From the NCBI GenBank assembly GCA_964539505.1, contig CAZIJS010000002.1, positions 3,313-67,312 of the forward strand: DNA of 64,000 bases. Direction: 5' to 3'. Position 1 is the first letter of the stretch. Each line of letters starts with the position of its first letter. The DNA comes from an uncultured Myxococcales bacterium. GTDB taxonomy: Bacteria > Myxococcota_A > Polyangia > HGW-17 > SLPX01. Positions 33,552-43,651 of this stretch are shown one piece after another. The position numbers and the translations under genes are program-made. A model generated the notes under the pieces. The model was given only the letters and a program-made list of their open reading frames with translations, ran no database searches and was not told the origin of the DNA.

Positions 33552-34496
33552 ATGGCAACGGATCCAAGACCCAAGTTGGTGCTCACGGGCATTGCCGGGA
33601 GACTCGGGCGGTTGTTGGCCAGGAGGCTGCACAGAGATGGGCACTACCACGTCGTGGGTATCGATCGTCGGTCCCTGCCCGGGAGGCCTCCCGATGTCGA
33701 GGTTCATGAAGTGGACCTGCGCTCGAAGCGCACCAGGGATGTGATCCGACGGACGAGGCCCAAGGCCCTCGTTCATCTCGGCCTGCTCCACGATCCACAT
33801 CGCAGCGCCAAGGCACATCATCGATGGAACGTGGAAGGCACCGCCAGGCTCCTGGATGCTTGTGCTGCCTACGCGGTGCCCAAGGTGGTGTTCCTCTCGA
33901 CCCATACCGTATACGGGGCCAGAGCCGAGAACCCCCAGTTTCTCACCGAGGAGGCTCCTTTGCTAGGAGCCCAAGATCTGCCTCAAATGAGAGATCTCGT
34001 CGAGGCCGACATGCTCGTCTCCTCGTTTTTCTGGAAACACCAGGACATCGAGACCGTGATCCTGCGTCCTGTTCATATTTTAGGACGTGTGTCCAATGCC
34101 ATTTCCAATTACCTGCGTCTGGATCCGGTTCCCAGGCTGCTCGGATTCGACCCAATGATGCAGGTCATCCATGAAGAAGACGTGGTGGCGGGGATTGTGT
34201 CTGCGCTCAGGCCGGAGGTCCGGGGCATCTTCAATCTTCCCGGCCCCGGAGAGATTCCTTTGTCCGTGATCCTGCGGGAACTGGGTCGATCGACGATTTC
34301 TGTCCCCCATTTCTTGGCACCGACGGTGATGCGGCTTCTCTGGAAGATGGAACTGTCCGTGTTTCAGGGGTCGGAACTCAATCATTTGCGCTATGTATGT
34401 ATGGTCGATGGCAGCAGGGCCCGTCGGGAACTGGGCTTCGAACCTCGTCATACTTTGAGGGAAACCATCCTGGCCGTGGACGATGGGGCTGGTTGA
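33552..34496 (+). CDS. NAD-dependent epimerase/dehydratase (SDR) family protein
   Basis: Rossmann GIAGRLG. 314 aa, typical extended-SDR length. 6 nt after the upstream stop. Confidence 0.75.
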   Translation: MATDPRPKLVLTGIAGRLGRLLARRLHRDGHYHVVGIDRRSLPGRPPDVEVHEVDLRSKRTRDVIRRTRPKALVHLGLLHDPHRSAKAHHRWNVEGTARLLDACAAYAVPKVVFLSTHTVYGARAENPQFLTEEAPLLGAQDLPQMRDLVEADMLVSSFFWKHQDIETVILRPVHILGRVSNAISNYLRLDPVPRLLGFDPMMQVIHEEDVVAGIVSALRPEVRGIFNLPGPGEIPLSVILRELGRSTISVPHFLAPTVMRLLWKMELSVFQGSELNHLRYVCMVDGSRARRELGFEPRHTLRETILAVDDGAG

Positions 34497-34856
34497 TTGG
34501 TGGCTTCGCGGCGAGAGGGGCACCTAAGACATTGGGAATCGGGATCGGCAGGACAGCAGGCGCGTATCGATCCCTCCTGCATCGAAACTGGCTGGTCGGA
34601 GATCCCGTCTCGGGCGGTTGTGACCGTTGGTTTACAGTTTTTTCTCGCAATGGTAAACCGTTTTTGACTGGTCCAGGGCATTTTCCAGACGTCTGGAATG
34701 TTGCAAGTGCTTTAGGGGATAGATGGGGCAGTGTGGAGCGAGGAGGGAGGGGTTTTTTCAGAACCATCGCTCTTGGTACGACCATTGCATTTGACAGGGC
34801 ATGGTGAGCAGAGAAAAACAGGACCGACAGGTCACGATCACGTAAGGAGGTTTCCC

Positions 34857-36182
34857 ATGAGATGGCACACGAAATTGGCACTTTTTGCCTTGTCCGTCTT
34901 CGCACTCAATGGATGTTACTGGATGTACTGCGATGACGATGGGGGGTCAGCGAATCCGGATTCTTGTGGGGCGGGCAACTACGAATGTTACCCAGGAGAT
35001 GCCTGCCAAGTCTGTCATCCGTCAGGAGATGTCTGTGTCTGCAATGATTCCATGACATGCGCAAGCGACTTCGACTGCCCCGAAGGAGAAGCCTACTGTG
35101 ACGACGGAGTCTGTGTGGGAACTTGGGGCTGTGTCGCAGACTGGGATTGTCCTCTTGGAGATCGCTGTGACCAGAACCGGTCGGTCTGCGTTCCGGAAGA
35201 AGACAATTGCCAGGGGAATTCGGACTGCCCTGCGGGCCAGGTTTGCGGCACAGACGGCCATTGCCAGGCGGCCTCCAGTTGCCAGGACAACAGTGATTGT
35301 GTGTCTGGCCAGGTCTGTGATTCCAGGGGAACCTGCGTGGATGGCCAGGCATGCCAGTCGGACGACGATTGCCAGGATCCCGCGTTTTCGCGCTGTGACG
35401 AATCCTTGGGCCTTTGTGTGCAGCCCGGCCAGGAGAGCTGTCTGGGCAACGATGACTGTACCGAGGGCTTTTTCTGTAACCAAGAAGGGCGCTGCCAGGC
35501 ATCTGGGACCTGTGCCACTCATGCCGACTGCACCCTGCCGGGCCTTGGTTATTGTGATGCCCGCGGCACCTGTGTGCCGTCCCCTGGAGCGAGCTGCACC
35601 ACGTCCGACGACTGTGGGCTCGGACAGGACTGTGTGGATGGATTCTGCCGTGATCTCTCCAGCGGTGGGGGCTGTCAGTTCGATGAACAGTGCTTTGGCG
35701 GTCAGGGGATCTGTGTGGATGGTGCCTGCCACGCTCCATGCACCACCGAGGACCAATGCGGCACTGGACAGACATGCAACGATGGATATTGCTGGACCCA
35801 GGAGGATGCCACCAACGGCTGCCACTTCAATGCGGATTGTGCGGCTGGCCAGGCTTGTGTGGACACCGTCTGCGTGGAGTCGGGCTGTGTGACCGACGGT
35901 GATTGTACCGACTCGGGCGACCATTGTGTCGACGGTTTCTGCCTGGCCAATGAATCACGGATGCCGGAGTGCACCACTGGAGACGATTGTACCGCCGGAG
36001 ACGACTGCGTGGAAGGTGTGTGCCGCAAGCCCTGTACCGTGAGCGACCCGGACTGCGTCTCTTGCGGTATGCCGGTTTGCCACATGGGATACTGCTACGA
36101 CGTGGTTCCCGAATGCATGATTTCGAGTGACTGCGAGCAGGGCGAGGTCTGTTCGGACGCCCAATGTGTGCCGGCCCAGTAG
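34857..36182 (+). CDS. Cys-rich repeat lipoprotein (Myxo-type CxxGxxCxDGxC repeats)
   Basis: AAGGAGG RBS. Lipoprotein-like signal MRWHTKLALFALSVFALNGC. More than 15 repeats of C-x2-G-Q-x-C-x-D/N-G-x-C. Confidence 0.7.
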   Translation: MRWHTKLALFALSVFALNGCYWMYCDDDGGSANPDSCGAGNYECYPGDACQVCHPSGDVCVCNDSMTCASDFDCPEGEAYCDDGVCVGTWGCVADWDCPLGDRCDQNRSVCVPEEDNCQGNSDCPAGQVCGTDGHCQAASSCQDNSDCVSGQVCDSRGTCVDGQACQSDDDCQDPAFSRCDESLGLCVQPGQESCLGNDDCTEGFFCNQEGRCQASGTCATHADCTLPGLGYCDARGTCVPSPGASCTTSDDCGLGQDCVDGFCRDLSSGGGCQFDEQCFGGQGICVDGACHAPCTTEDQCGTGQTCNDGYCWTQEDATNGCHFNADCAAGQACVDTVCVESGCVTDGDCTDSGDHCVDGFCLANESRMPECTTGDDCTAGDDCVEGVCRKPCTVSDPDCVSCGMPVCHMGYCYDVVPECMISSDCEQGEVCSDAQCVPAQ

Positions 36183-36221
36183 GCCATCGGATGTGAGACC
36201 CCTCTTTTCGTGACGAAGTGA

Positions 36222-36253
36222 GGCGGCTCGCGATGCGAGCCGCCTTTTTTTTT
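36222..36253 (+). terminator. rho-independent terminator
   Basis: ggcggctcgc gatg cgagccgcc, a perfect 10-bp stem with 4-nt loop, followed by T9. Confidence 0.6.
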
Positions 36254-36616
36254 GGGGAAGGTGACCTCCAGGATTCTTGGTCCTCGTTTCTGGGTCACAG
36301 GTCTATCCGGTCCAGAGGTGGGCGAGCACGGGTGCATGCCAAGTCATGGTGGGACTCCAGTGGCAGGAGCTTTTGCCCCGGCCTGCGCGAAGGCGGTTCG
36401 ATGTCTTGCGCCTCTGGGAGCCGCACTTCGAGTCTCATGCCCACCTCGCAGTGCTTCCGGGCACCTGGGAGGAGACCTGGTGATTGCTCTGTAGGAGGGA
36501 AGGCTAGACTATCTTGAATCGTTTGCTATTGAAAAGTCAGACTATCTCGGACGCCGGCTGGGGAGCAAGTCCTGCTCGACTCCTGATGCTCACGGCGTCA
36601 CAAGGAGAAACCGATC

Positions 36617-37516
36617 ATGCTGCGAGCCTGCATTGTGTCCATCGCCCTCGTTGCGGGTTGCTTGTGTGCCTGCACCAGGTCTGATGCCGGTCATTCGGTC
36701 TCCTTCAGGCAATCCAGGTCCGATGGTGCTGCCCCAAAACATCCGCCGGTCTCTGTGGCGTCACGACCATCACGACAGACATCCGCCATGGATCGACTCA
36801 ATCAGACATTGGAGTCCTGGGTCAAAGCGGCAGATCGGGCTTCGGTGGCCACGGCCGTTTTGAGAGGGGTGCGTCGGCGGCTCGTCGGGGCCGACCTGTG
36901 GAAGGCGATGCAGTCTTGTCATTGTCTCACCAAGGTCGGTTGGTATCCGTATTTTCTGGGAATGGCCCGACTGGCCGACATGATCGCGGCATTGACTGGA
37001 CAGCAGGTTTCCAGGAGGCAATTGCAGGGTATCGTGCATCGCTACAACGAGACGGCGTTGGCCTACAATGCCGTCAGGACAGCCTCGCCGTTTTTGCCGC
37101 GCAGTCGGGTCGCGCTTTCGGACTTGGATCCAGGGAGCTTCAATCATTGGCTCGATGAGATTTTGTTGGATCTTCGAAAGGCCGTCAGACCGAACCGCGT
37201 TGCCCTGTTGGGAGGAGATGAGCGAGGCCACGTCTTCGAAGCGTCGGTTCGGGCGCTGTGGATCGCCGAGCGAACTGAGATGTCCCTGGCACGGCTCTCC
37301 AGGATGTCCTGCCGTCGGACCCGGCCCTGCCGCCCCTTGGAAACAAGAAGGGATCGGCTGGTGGGGCTCATTGATCAGGCTGCGAAGTTATGCAAAGACG
37401 CGGCTCGAGTCAACTTGCTGCAGGGATTCGACAAGTCACGTCTCGATGCCTGCCTGGATTCCTGGAAACGTCTCGATGCCCGGCTCGCTCGAACGCAGAA
37501 GGTTCCACCCCGGTGA
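36617..37516 (+). CDS. hypothetical lipoprotein
   Basis: AGGAGA RBS. Signal with lipobox-like LVAGC. No recognisable domain. Confidence 0.5.
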   Translation: MLRACIVSIALVAGCLCACTRSDAGHSVSFRQSRSDGAAPKHPPVSVASRPSRQTSAMDRLNQTLESWVKAADRASVATAVLRGVRRRLVGADLWKAMQSCHCLTKVGWYPYFLGMARLADMIAALTGQQVSRRQLQGIVHRYNETALAYNAVRTASPFLPRSRVALSDLDPGSFNHWLDEILLDLRKAVRPNRVALLGGDERGHVFEASVRALWIAERTEMSLARLSRMSCRRTRPCRPLETRRDRLVGLIDQAAKLCKDAARVNLLQGFDKSRLDACLDSWKRLDARLARTQKVPPR

Positions 37517-37557
37517 ACTCCTTGGCGGGACTGCCTGGAGACGAGGAGGCGATGTAT

Positions 37558-39474
37558 ATGGCTGACTCTGAAAGGCATTGGGATGTGATCGTGGTGGGGG
37601 GAGGTCATGCCGGATACGAGGCGGCGTTGGCAGCTCGTCGTTTGGGCTGTGATGTGCTCCTGGCCACGCTTCGAATGGAAACCATTGCCCAGATGCCATG
37701 TAATCCTGCGATCGGAGGATTGGCCAAGAGTCATCTGGTGCGGGAAATCGATGCCATGGGAGGCGCCATGGCATTGGCTGCAGATGCCGGCGGCATCCAA
37801 TACCGGGTCCTCAACACCCGCAAGGGGCCAGCAGTGCGGGCCACCAGGGTGCAGCAAGACCGGCCGAGTTTCACCGCTGAAATCCGAAGAATCCTGGGAG
37901 AGTCCGGGGTGGATCTCATCGAGACGGAGGTCACCGGCCTTCTGGTGGCGGAAAAATGGGCATCGGCTGGTGATTTCGTTCGTGGCCCCAGGCTGGTCAA
38001 GGGGGTGGTGGACGCCCAAGATAGGCGATATCTTGGCCGGAGTGTGGTTTTGACCACCGGAACATTTCTGAGAGGGATGCTGTATGTGGGGCTGGAAAAG
38101 ACACCTGGTGGCCGTATGGGAGAGCCCCCCTCCATGGGATTGGCTCGGGCATTGTCCGATCTCGGGCTGAAACTGGGCCGACTCAAGACAGGGACACCCC
38201 CGAGGTTGGTGCGGGCGAGTTTGGATCTTGCCTCCATGAAAGAACAGCCTGGGCTGGTGCCTCCACCAAGGCTGAGTTTCCATGGCCCTGGGCCGAAGTT
38301 GCCGCAGGTCTCCTGCCATGTGACGGCGACCAACGAGCGCACTGCAGAGATCATTCGGTCCGGATTGAATCGTTCGCCGCTCTATACGGGGATGATCGAG
38401 GGAGTGGGCCCGCGGTATTGCCCTTCGGTGGAGGATAAGGTCGTCAAGTTTCCGGAGCGAAAGAGTCATCATGTGTTCATCGAGCCCGAGGGACTCGACG
38501 ATCCCTTAGTTTATCCCAACGGGATATCCACATCTCTGCCACTGGATGTTCAGAAAGCGATTTTGGCCACGATCCCAGGGCTGGAGCGGGCCGAGATCGC
38601 CAGACCGGGATACGCGGTGGAATACGATTTTGTCCTGCCCACACAGCTCGAACCCACGTTGGAGACCAAGGGTATCGGTGGCTTGTTCATGGCCGGACAG
38701 CTCATCGGCACTTCGGGATATGAAGAGGCCGGAGCATTGGGTCTCATGGCCGGCATCAACGCCGCGCACCGGGTGCTGGGCCGCCAGGCAGTGGTCCTGC
38801 GGCGTGACCAAGGATACCTGGGAGTGCTCATCGACGACCTGGTGACCAAGGGCACCAAGGAGCCCTACCGGATGTTTACGTCCAGGGCTGAATTTCGTCT
38901 CCTTTTGCGTGAGGACAACGCCGACGAGCGACTAGGGCCCGTTGCCCAGCGACTCGGTCTCCTCAGTGAGTCGCAGGAAAGGAGCTTGTCGCACCGCATG
39001 GCGCTGGTGCGAGGTGAACTGGAGCGGCTGGCATCGTTTCAGGTGACTCCCGATGCCCGGACCAATGGCCTTTTGAAAAGACTCGGAACCACGCCTTTGC
39101 GCAAACCCATGCGCTTGGGCGAGCTGCTGCGACGCCCCGAACTGCACTACGAGGATTTCGTAGCCGTGGGGTGGGCAGACCCAGAGTTTCCGATGGACCT
39201 GGGGAGACGGGTGGAGGTCCAGGTGGCTTATGCGGGATACATCGAGCGACAGCAGGCGCAGGCAGCTCAGCTTCGCAAAAACGAGGCCCTGGAAATACCG
39301 AGAGACTTCCATTATGATGGTTTGCCAGGGCTCAGTCTGGAACTTCAGGAAAAACTCGGCACGGTTCGTCCTCGGACACTCGCCCAGGCGTCCAGGATAC
39401 CCGGCATGACGCCGGCGGCCGTATCGGTTCTTCTCATCCATCTCAAGGCGTCGGGAACGAGTCGTGTGTCGTAA
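37558..39474 (+). CDS. mnmG: tRNA uridine 5-carboxymethylaminomethyl modification enzyme MnmG (GidA)
   Basis: FAD-binding DVIVVGGGHAGYEAA and family-wide conservation through the C-terminus. GAGGAGG RBS 8 nt before the second ATG of MYM. Confidence 0.9.
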   Translation: MADSERHWDVIVVGGGHAGYEAALAARRLGCDVLLATLRMETIAQMPCNPAIGGLAKSHLVREIDAMGGAMALAADAGGIQYRVLNTRKGPAVRATRVQQDRPSFTAEIRRILGESGVDLIETEVTGLLVAEKWASAGDFVRGPRLVKGVVDAQDRRYLGRSVVLTTGTFLRGMLYVGLEKTPGGRMGEPPSMGLARALSDLGLKLGRLKTGTPPRLVRASLDLASMKEQPGLVPPPRLSFHGPGPKLPQVSCHVTATNERTAEIIRSGLNRSPLYTGMIEGVGPRYCPSVEDKVVKFPERKSHHVFIEPEGLDDPLVYPNGISTSLPLDVQKAILATIPGLERAEIARPGYAVEYDFVLPTQLEPTLETKGIGGLFMAGQLIGTSGYEEAGALGLMAGINAAHRVLGRQAVVLRRDQGYLGVLIDDLVTKGTKEPYRMFTSRAEFRLLLREDNADERLGPVAQRLGLLSESQERSLSHRMALVRGELERLASFQVTPDARTNGLLKRLGTTPLRKPMRLGELLRRPELHYEDFVAVGWADPEFPMDLGRRVEVQVAYAGYIERQQAQAAQLRKNEALEIPRDFHYDGLPGLSLELQEKLGTVRPRTLAQASRIPGMTPAAVSVLLIHLKASGTSRVS

Positions 39475-40993
39475 ATCAGGCAAAGCATCCAGCGTTGTTT
39501 TTTTCCTGCTGGCCGCTTGGGCGGCTCCTGCTTGGGCGGGAGGCATGGAAATACCCGCGAATGGGACCAGGAGTCTGTCCCGGGCCGGTGCCAATGTCGC
39601 GGCGGTGGCCGATCCTTCGGCCATCGTGAACAACCCTGCGGGGCTGGCGGGAATTCGCGGGGCGTCGTTGCTCTTCGACAGCAATCTCGTGGTGCCCGAC
39701 CTCTGTTTTCAACGCTACGGAACCTATCCCGGAGAACCAGGCCCGAACACCTATGACGGGCAGCCATACCCTAGGGTCTGCAGGATGAATCGGGGCACCT
39801 TCTACATCCCCATGGTGGCGGCCACCTATGATTTCGGGCTGGATGACTGGACATTCGCCATCGGCGGATACGGGCCCCACTCGCCTTCCGGACGAAAGTA
39901 CTTTCCGGGGCAGGTCACAGTACGCGACAGTCTCGGTCATCCAGTGAGGGCACCGGGCCCCACCAGATACCAGGTGCTCAGCCAGGACGTCCTGGTCATT
40001 TTCTTCACGGCGGCCGCGGCCTGGAGGCCTGTTCCCTGGCTGGACGTGGGGATCGCGCTGCAGCCAACGATCAGTGACGCCAAATTGTCCATGAATGTCC
40101 CCTACAACGCGTCTATCTTGGACCCGGACAATGACATCTTCTTTGCTGTCCATACCAAGGCCTTCGCTTTCACCGCCTTGTTTGGAACCAAGATACGGCC
40201 CTCCAGGAATATCGAGATCGGCCTGTCGGCCTGGCTGCCGATTCATACCGTCAGCAAGGGCGATGCCACCATCCAGTTGCCGGCTGGGTTGCTTGGGTTC
40301 GCAGGCCCCTTGGTGATGTTCACCCAAGACACTGAAGTCGACATGGTCTCGGACCTCCCCTTGGTGCTGCGCAGTGGCATCAGGTACCGATGGCTCTTGG
40401 GCAATGCTCCCGAGGCCTTCGAGATCGCTGATTTGGAGCTGGATTTTCAGTGGGAGCGCTGGAGCGGGGTGCGCAGCATCGATACGCAGGTGCATGGAGA
40501 GGTCCTCGGAGAACCCCTTGCCCTATTTCAACTCGCCCATTTCTACAAGGATACCATCAGCCTACGTCTTGGCAGCACGTTCACGATTCCCAGGCTCCTG
40601 TTCGGTGGGCGGTTGGGTTTCAGTCTGGGGCTCTATTACGACAGCGCCGCTTCCCCGCTCGAATATACGAGGCTTGACTACCAGGCCTTTTCGCTCATCG
40701 GTTTCGGTGCGGGGCTGTTCTATCGAATTCGAGGCATGGATTTTCACCTGGCCTTTTCCTATGTCGTGGGAGGCAGCGGTTGGCCTTGGAACTTCGACAG
40801 GAAACGCAAGGTGGAGCGGTCCTGCATCACACCTGTAGACCCCTTCAACAGCCCGCCACTCGAGCGGTGTGATCCATCGGGAGATGCCTGGAGGGAAGAA
40901 AGCGACATTGCGCGGGGTGAGACGGAGCTGTCTTACTTTGTCGCGTCCCTCGGGTTTACGGTGTATCTCGACGACTTGGTTGGTCGCAAATAG
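39464..40993 (+). CDS. outer-membrane transport protein, OMPP1/FadL/TodX-like
   Basis: Signal peptide ending AWA. N-terminal RSLSRAGANVAAVADPSAIVNNPAGLA resembles the FadL family N-terminus. Length and alternating beta-strand pattern fit a beta-barrel. Overlaps the mnmG stop by 11 nt. Confidence 0.5.
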   Translation: MCRKSGKASSVVFFLLAAWAAPAWAGGMEIPANGTRSLSRAGANVAAVADPSAIVNNPAGLAGIRGASLLFDSNLVVPDLCFQRYGTYPGEPGPNTYDGQPYPRVCRMNRGTFYIPMVAATYDFGLDDWTFAIGGYGPHSPSGRKYFPGQVTVRDSLGHPVRAPGPTRYQVLSQDVLVIFFTAAAAWRPVPWLDVGIALQPTISDAKLSMNVPYNASILDPDNDIFFAVHTKAFAFTALFGTKIRPSRNIEIGLSAWLPIHTVSKGDATIQLPAGLLGFAGPLVMFTQDTEVDMVSDLPLVLRSGIRYRWLLGNAPEAFEIADLELDFQWERWSGVRSIDTQVHGEVLGEPLALFQLAHFYKDTISLRLGSTFTIPRLLFGGRLGFSLGLYYDSAASPLEYTRLDYQAFSLIGFGAGLFYRIRGMDFHLAFSYVVGGSGWPWNFDRKRKVERSCITPVDPFNSPPLERCDPSGDAWREESDIARGETELSYFVASLGFTVYLDDLVGRK

Positions 40994-41007
40994 CGGGCAA
41001 GAAAGAC

Positions 41008-41349
41008 TCAGGGGTGTTCCGTGGTGCGCGGAGTCCGGGCAAGCCATTCGGCGATATGGACGAGACTCCTGCCTGGCGGATCCACGAACGCCATGCCAAC
41101 GTGCCATCGTTCGTCCCGTCTGCGGCACCATTGGACCCTTGCAGGGAGGCGCAACGACAATTCGGATCCAGGCAGGGAAAATTCGAGTTCCAGGATTTGC
41201 GACGCCTCCAGTTTGCGGTCCAGCTCGGCCGACAGTCCACCCAGGCCCAGGTCCAGGATGTGGCAGGGAAAGTTTTCGTGGTTCCTGTGGACGAGACAGT
41301 CCAGGGACACCGCCACTCGTTCGTCTTTTCTGAATGATTCGTCAGTCAC
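41008..41349 (-). CDS. PilZ domain protein
   Basis: RxxxRV, then DLGLGGLSAELD, then GMAFVD, a PilZ-like pattern. GTG start overlapping the upstream kinase stop (GTGACTGA). AAGGA 9 nt upstream. Start uncertain. Confidence 0.4.
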   Translation of the reverse strand: MTDESFRKDERVAVSLDCLVHRNHENFPCHILDLGLGGLSAELDRKLEASQILELEFSLPGSELSLRLPARVQWCRRRDERWHVGMAFVDPPGRSLVHIAEWLARTPRTTEHP

Positions 41350-43621
41350 TGTTTTTTCCTTGGGGCCTGTCGGTCCATTCCACGATTTCTGTCTGTCCTC
41401 CGCGGAGGCGGAACTTTTTGTAGAAGAGGCGGCGGCTCCGTGACAGGTGGATGGACAGGTCATTGGTACCAGGCGGCAGTCGCAAGCGGACCGGGCAGTT
41501 GCGCCCCGTGTCGCGTCCGTTCAAAAAGATCCGGTAGACTGCGGGACCATGGCACTTGGTGTCGATGGATGTGCCTCGTCGGGCGATTCTTGCGGGACTT
41601 GGCACGAGAGGCAGGTATTGTACGAAGCGACGGCCACCCCATCTGCTTCTGGTCAGTCGTCTTTCGACGACCCGATGGAGGGGGAGATTCAGGATGAGTT
41701 CGCAGGCGCCTTTCCGGGGCAGCCTGATCCGCAGCGGAGTTTTGCCCATCCTTTTTCGTCCGCAAAGGACATTGGCGCCTTTGGGTTTCGTTATGATGTC
41801 CACGTCGGTCTTGGCTCGTCCACCTCGATGCTCTACCGCAAGAGGACCATCATCGGTGGTGTGCCTCGCCGATGGGGATTGCGCCGTCAAAGATTGCAAG
41901 TGTGGTGAGCGACTGCTTTCACCCATGTATTCCAGACGAGTCTTTGTTCTCGGTGGCCTCCCATGTGTCCTTTTCACTGTGACATCGGGCTGCATGGGCC
42001 CAGCGGTCTGTCGGTGGGCGATGGGACCGGAGGTGCCCCGTGACTCTTCGATGTTTTTGCTCTCGACAGCATGCTTTCGCGAATTTTTTTGCCACTGTGC
42101 AGAGGGAGGTGGGGTCTCCTCTTCGGAACGGTTTTGGGCCCAGGCGAGATACACGGCAGATCCAGCCACCACCATGGAAAGGATGGCCAGAACGAGGATC
42201 AGAACATGGCGTGATGTCCAGGTTTCCGGCGGATCTTCATGGGCCACCGGAACAGTCTCCATCCTGGGGGTGAAATGATCGGGAGAGAGGGGGTATTCGG
42301 GTTCCGAACTGGAGACGACCTTCAATGGGGGAATCTGGAGTTTTGGCGGTGGAGTCACAGACAGGGGTGCAGGGGGAAGTTCGTCCGGCGTGGGCCGACC
42401 CGTTCTGTGCTCATGGATGTGCAAGAGGGATGGAGACAGGGACCTCCTTGGGTGCCCTTCGATATCCTGGATGCTGGTCGCCGTGGATTCCTCGGGTTCT
42501 TCGTTGTCATCGGTGATGGCAAGACTCATGAACATGGGCTTGGTGGCGATCATGGAATCTACTTCCACGTCGTTTGATGTGCTTCGCGGAATCGTCCGTT
42601 CCTCTGTGTCCGGGTCTTTGCTGTCCCATACGTGATGTTTCCTGTCCGGGGTGGTGGGTTCTCCGTATTCTTCGGTCTGATCAGCCCTCTGTTGGTCCTT
42701 TTTGGTGTCGAGCGCCTGAGTGAGAAAAGCAGCCAGATTCGTCTCATCCACGAATCGCCCACGAACCATGAGAATTTGAGCCAGTATGGAGCGAACCTCG
42801 TCGGCCGAGCTGTATCGCTGGGAGGTGTCCAGGGAGAGCATTCGGTGGAGCACCGGCTCGAGGAGCGGTTCGACTCCAGGCAGAGGGGGCACTTCGGCCT
42901 TTTGGACCTTGGTCAGGATTCCCGGGATTGTCTCGGCGTCGAACAGGGCTTTGCCCGTGAGCATTTCATAGAGAAGAGAGCCCAGGGCAAAGATGTCGCT
43001 GCGGCAATCCAGGACTTCACCGCGCACCTGCTCAGGAGACATGTATTCGTATTTCCCTTTGAGTTCGGTGGAACGCTGGGTGCCCGGTTCCAAGAGCGCC
43101 TTGGCGATACCGAAGTCGAGGACTTTGACCTGGCCTCGACGCGACAACATGATGTTTGATGGGCTGACATCGCGGTGCACCAGACCCAGAGGGCGGCCGT
43201 CGTCATCTGTGGCCGTATGGGCATAGTGCAGGGCTCTGGCAGCCTCCATGGCTACGAAACAGGCCATGTGCCAGGGCATGGTCTGTCCCCGGTCCGAGAG
43301 CATGTCGAGGAACTGGCGGAGCGTGACTCCATCGATGTATTCGAGCACCATGTAATAGGTGCCGTTGTCTTCGTTGAGTTCCAGGATCCGAGCGATGTTG
43401 CCGTGGTCCAATCGGGCTGCCAGCGAGGCCTCGTGGATGAACATGTCGAGAAAATGGGCCTGCTCCGCAAGATGGGAATAGATTTTTTTGATCGCGTAGT
43501 CCTTGTGGAATCCGGCGACAGTGTTGAGTCGGGCGCGGTAGACGGATGCCATTCCTCCCATGCCGATGAGTTCGATGCAGTCGTATCGCCCCAATCGGAA
43601 TGGAGCGAGTTTGTCAGGCAT
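41342..43621 (-). CDS. Ser/Thr protein kinase with TM segment and C-terminal PEGA-like domain
   Basis: GMGGMASVYRA, AIKK, HRDVSPSNIML, DFGIAK, SPEQ. TM segment VLILVLAILSMVVAGSAVYLAWA. The C-terminal 200 aa are basic, with a PEGA-like beta region. Confidence 0.85.
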   Translation of the reverse strand: MPDKLAPFRLGRYDCIELIGMGGMASVYRARLNTVAGFHKDYAIKKIYSHLAEQAHFLDMFIHEASLAARLDHGNIARILELNEDNGTYYMVLEYIDGVTLRQFLDMLSDRGQTMPWHMACFVAMEAARALHYAHTATDDDGRPLGLVHRDVSPSNIMLSRRGQVKVLDFGIAKALLEPGTQRSTELKGKYEYMSPEQVRGEVLDCRSDIFALGSLLYEMLTGKALFDAETIPGILTKVQKAEVPPLPGVEPLLEPVLHRMLSLDTSQRYSSADEVRSILAQILMVRGRFVDETNLAAFLTQALDTKKDQQRADQTEEYGEPTTPDRKHHVWDSKDPDTEERTIPRSTSNDVEVDSMIATKPMFMSLAITDDNEEPEESTATSIQDIEGHPRRSLSPSLLHIHEHRTGRPTPDELPPAPLSVTPPPKLQIPPLKVVSSSEPEYPLSPDHFTPRMETVPVAHEDPPETWTSRHVLILVLAILSMVVAGSAVYLAWAQNRSEEETPPPSAQWQKNSRKHAVESKNIEESRGTSGPIAHRQTAGPMQPDVTVKRTHGRPPRTKTRLEYMGESSRSPHLQSLTAQSPSARHTTDDGPLAVEHRGGRAKTDVDIITKPKGANVLCGRKRMGKTPLRIRLPRKGACELILNLPLHRVVERRLTRSRWGGRRFVQYLPLVPSPARIARRGTSIDTKCHGPAVYRIFLNGRDTGRNCPVRLRLPPGTNDLSIHLSRSRRLFYKKFRLRGGQTEIVEWTDRPQGKNSD

Positions 43622-43651
43622 GGATGCAGATTCCTCGACGGTCCCGGACGG

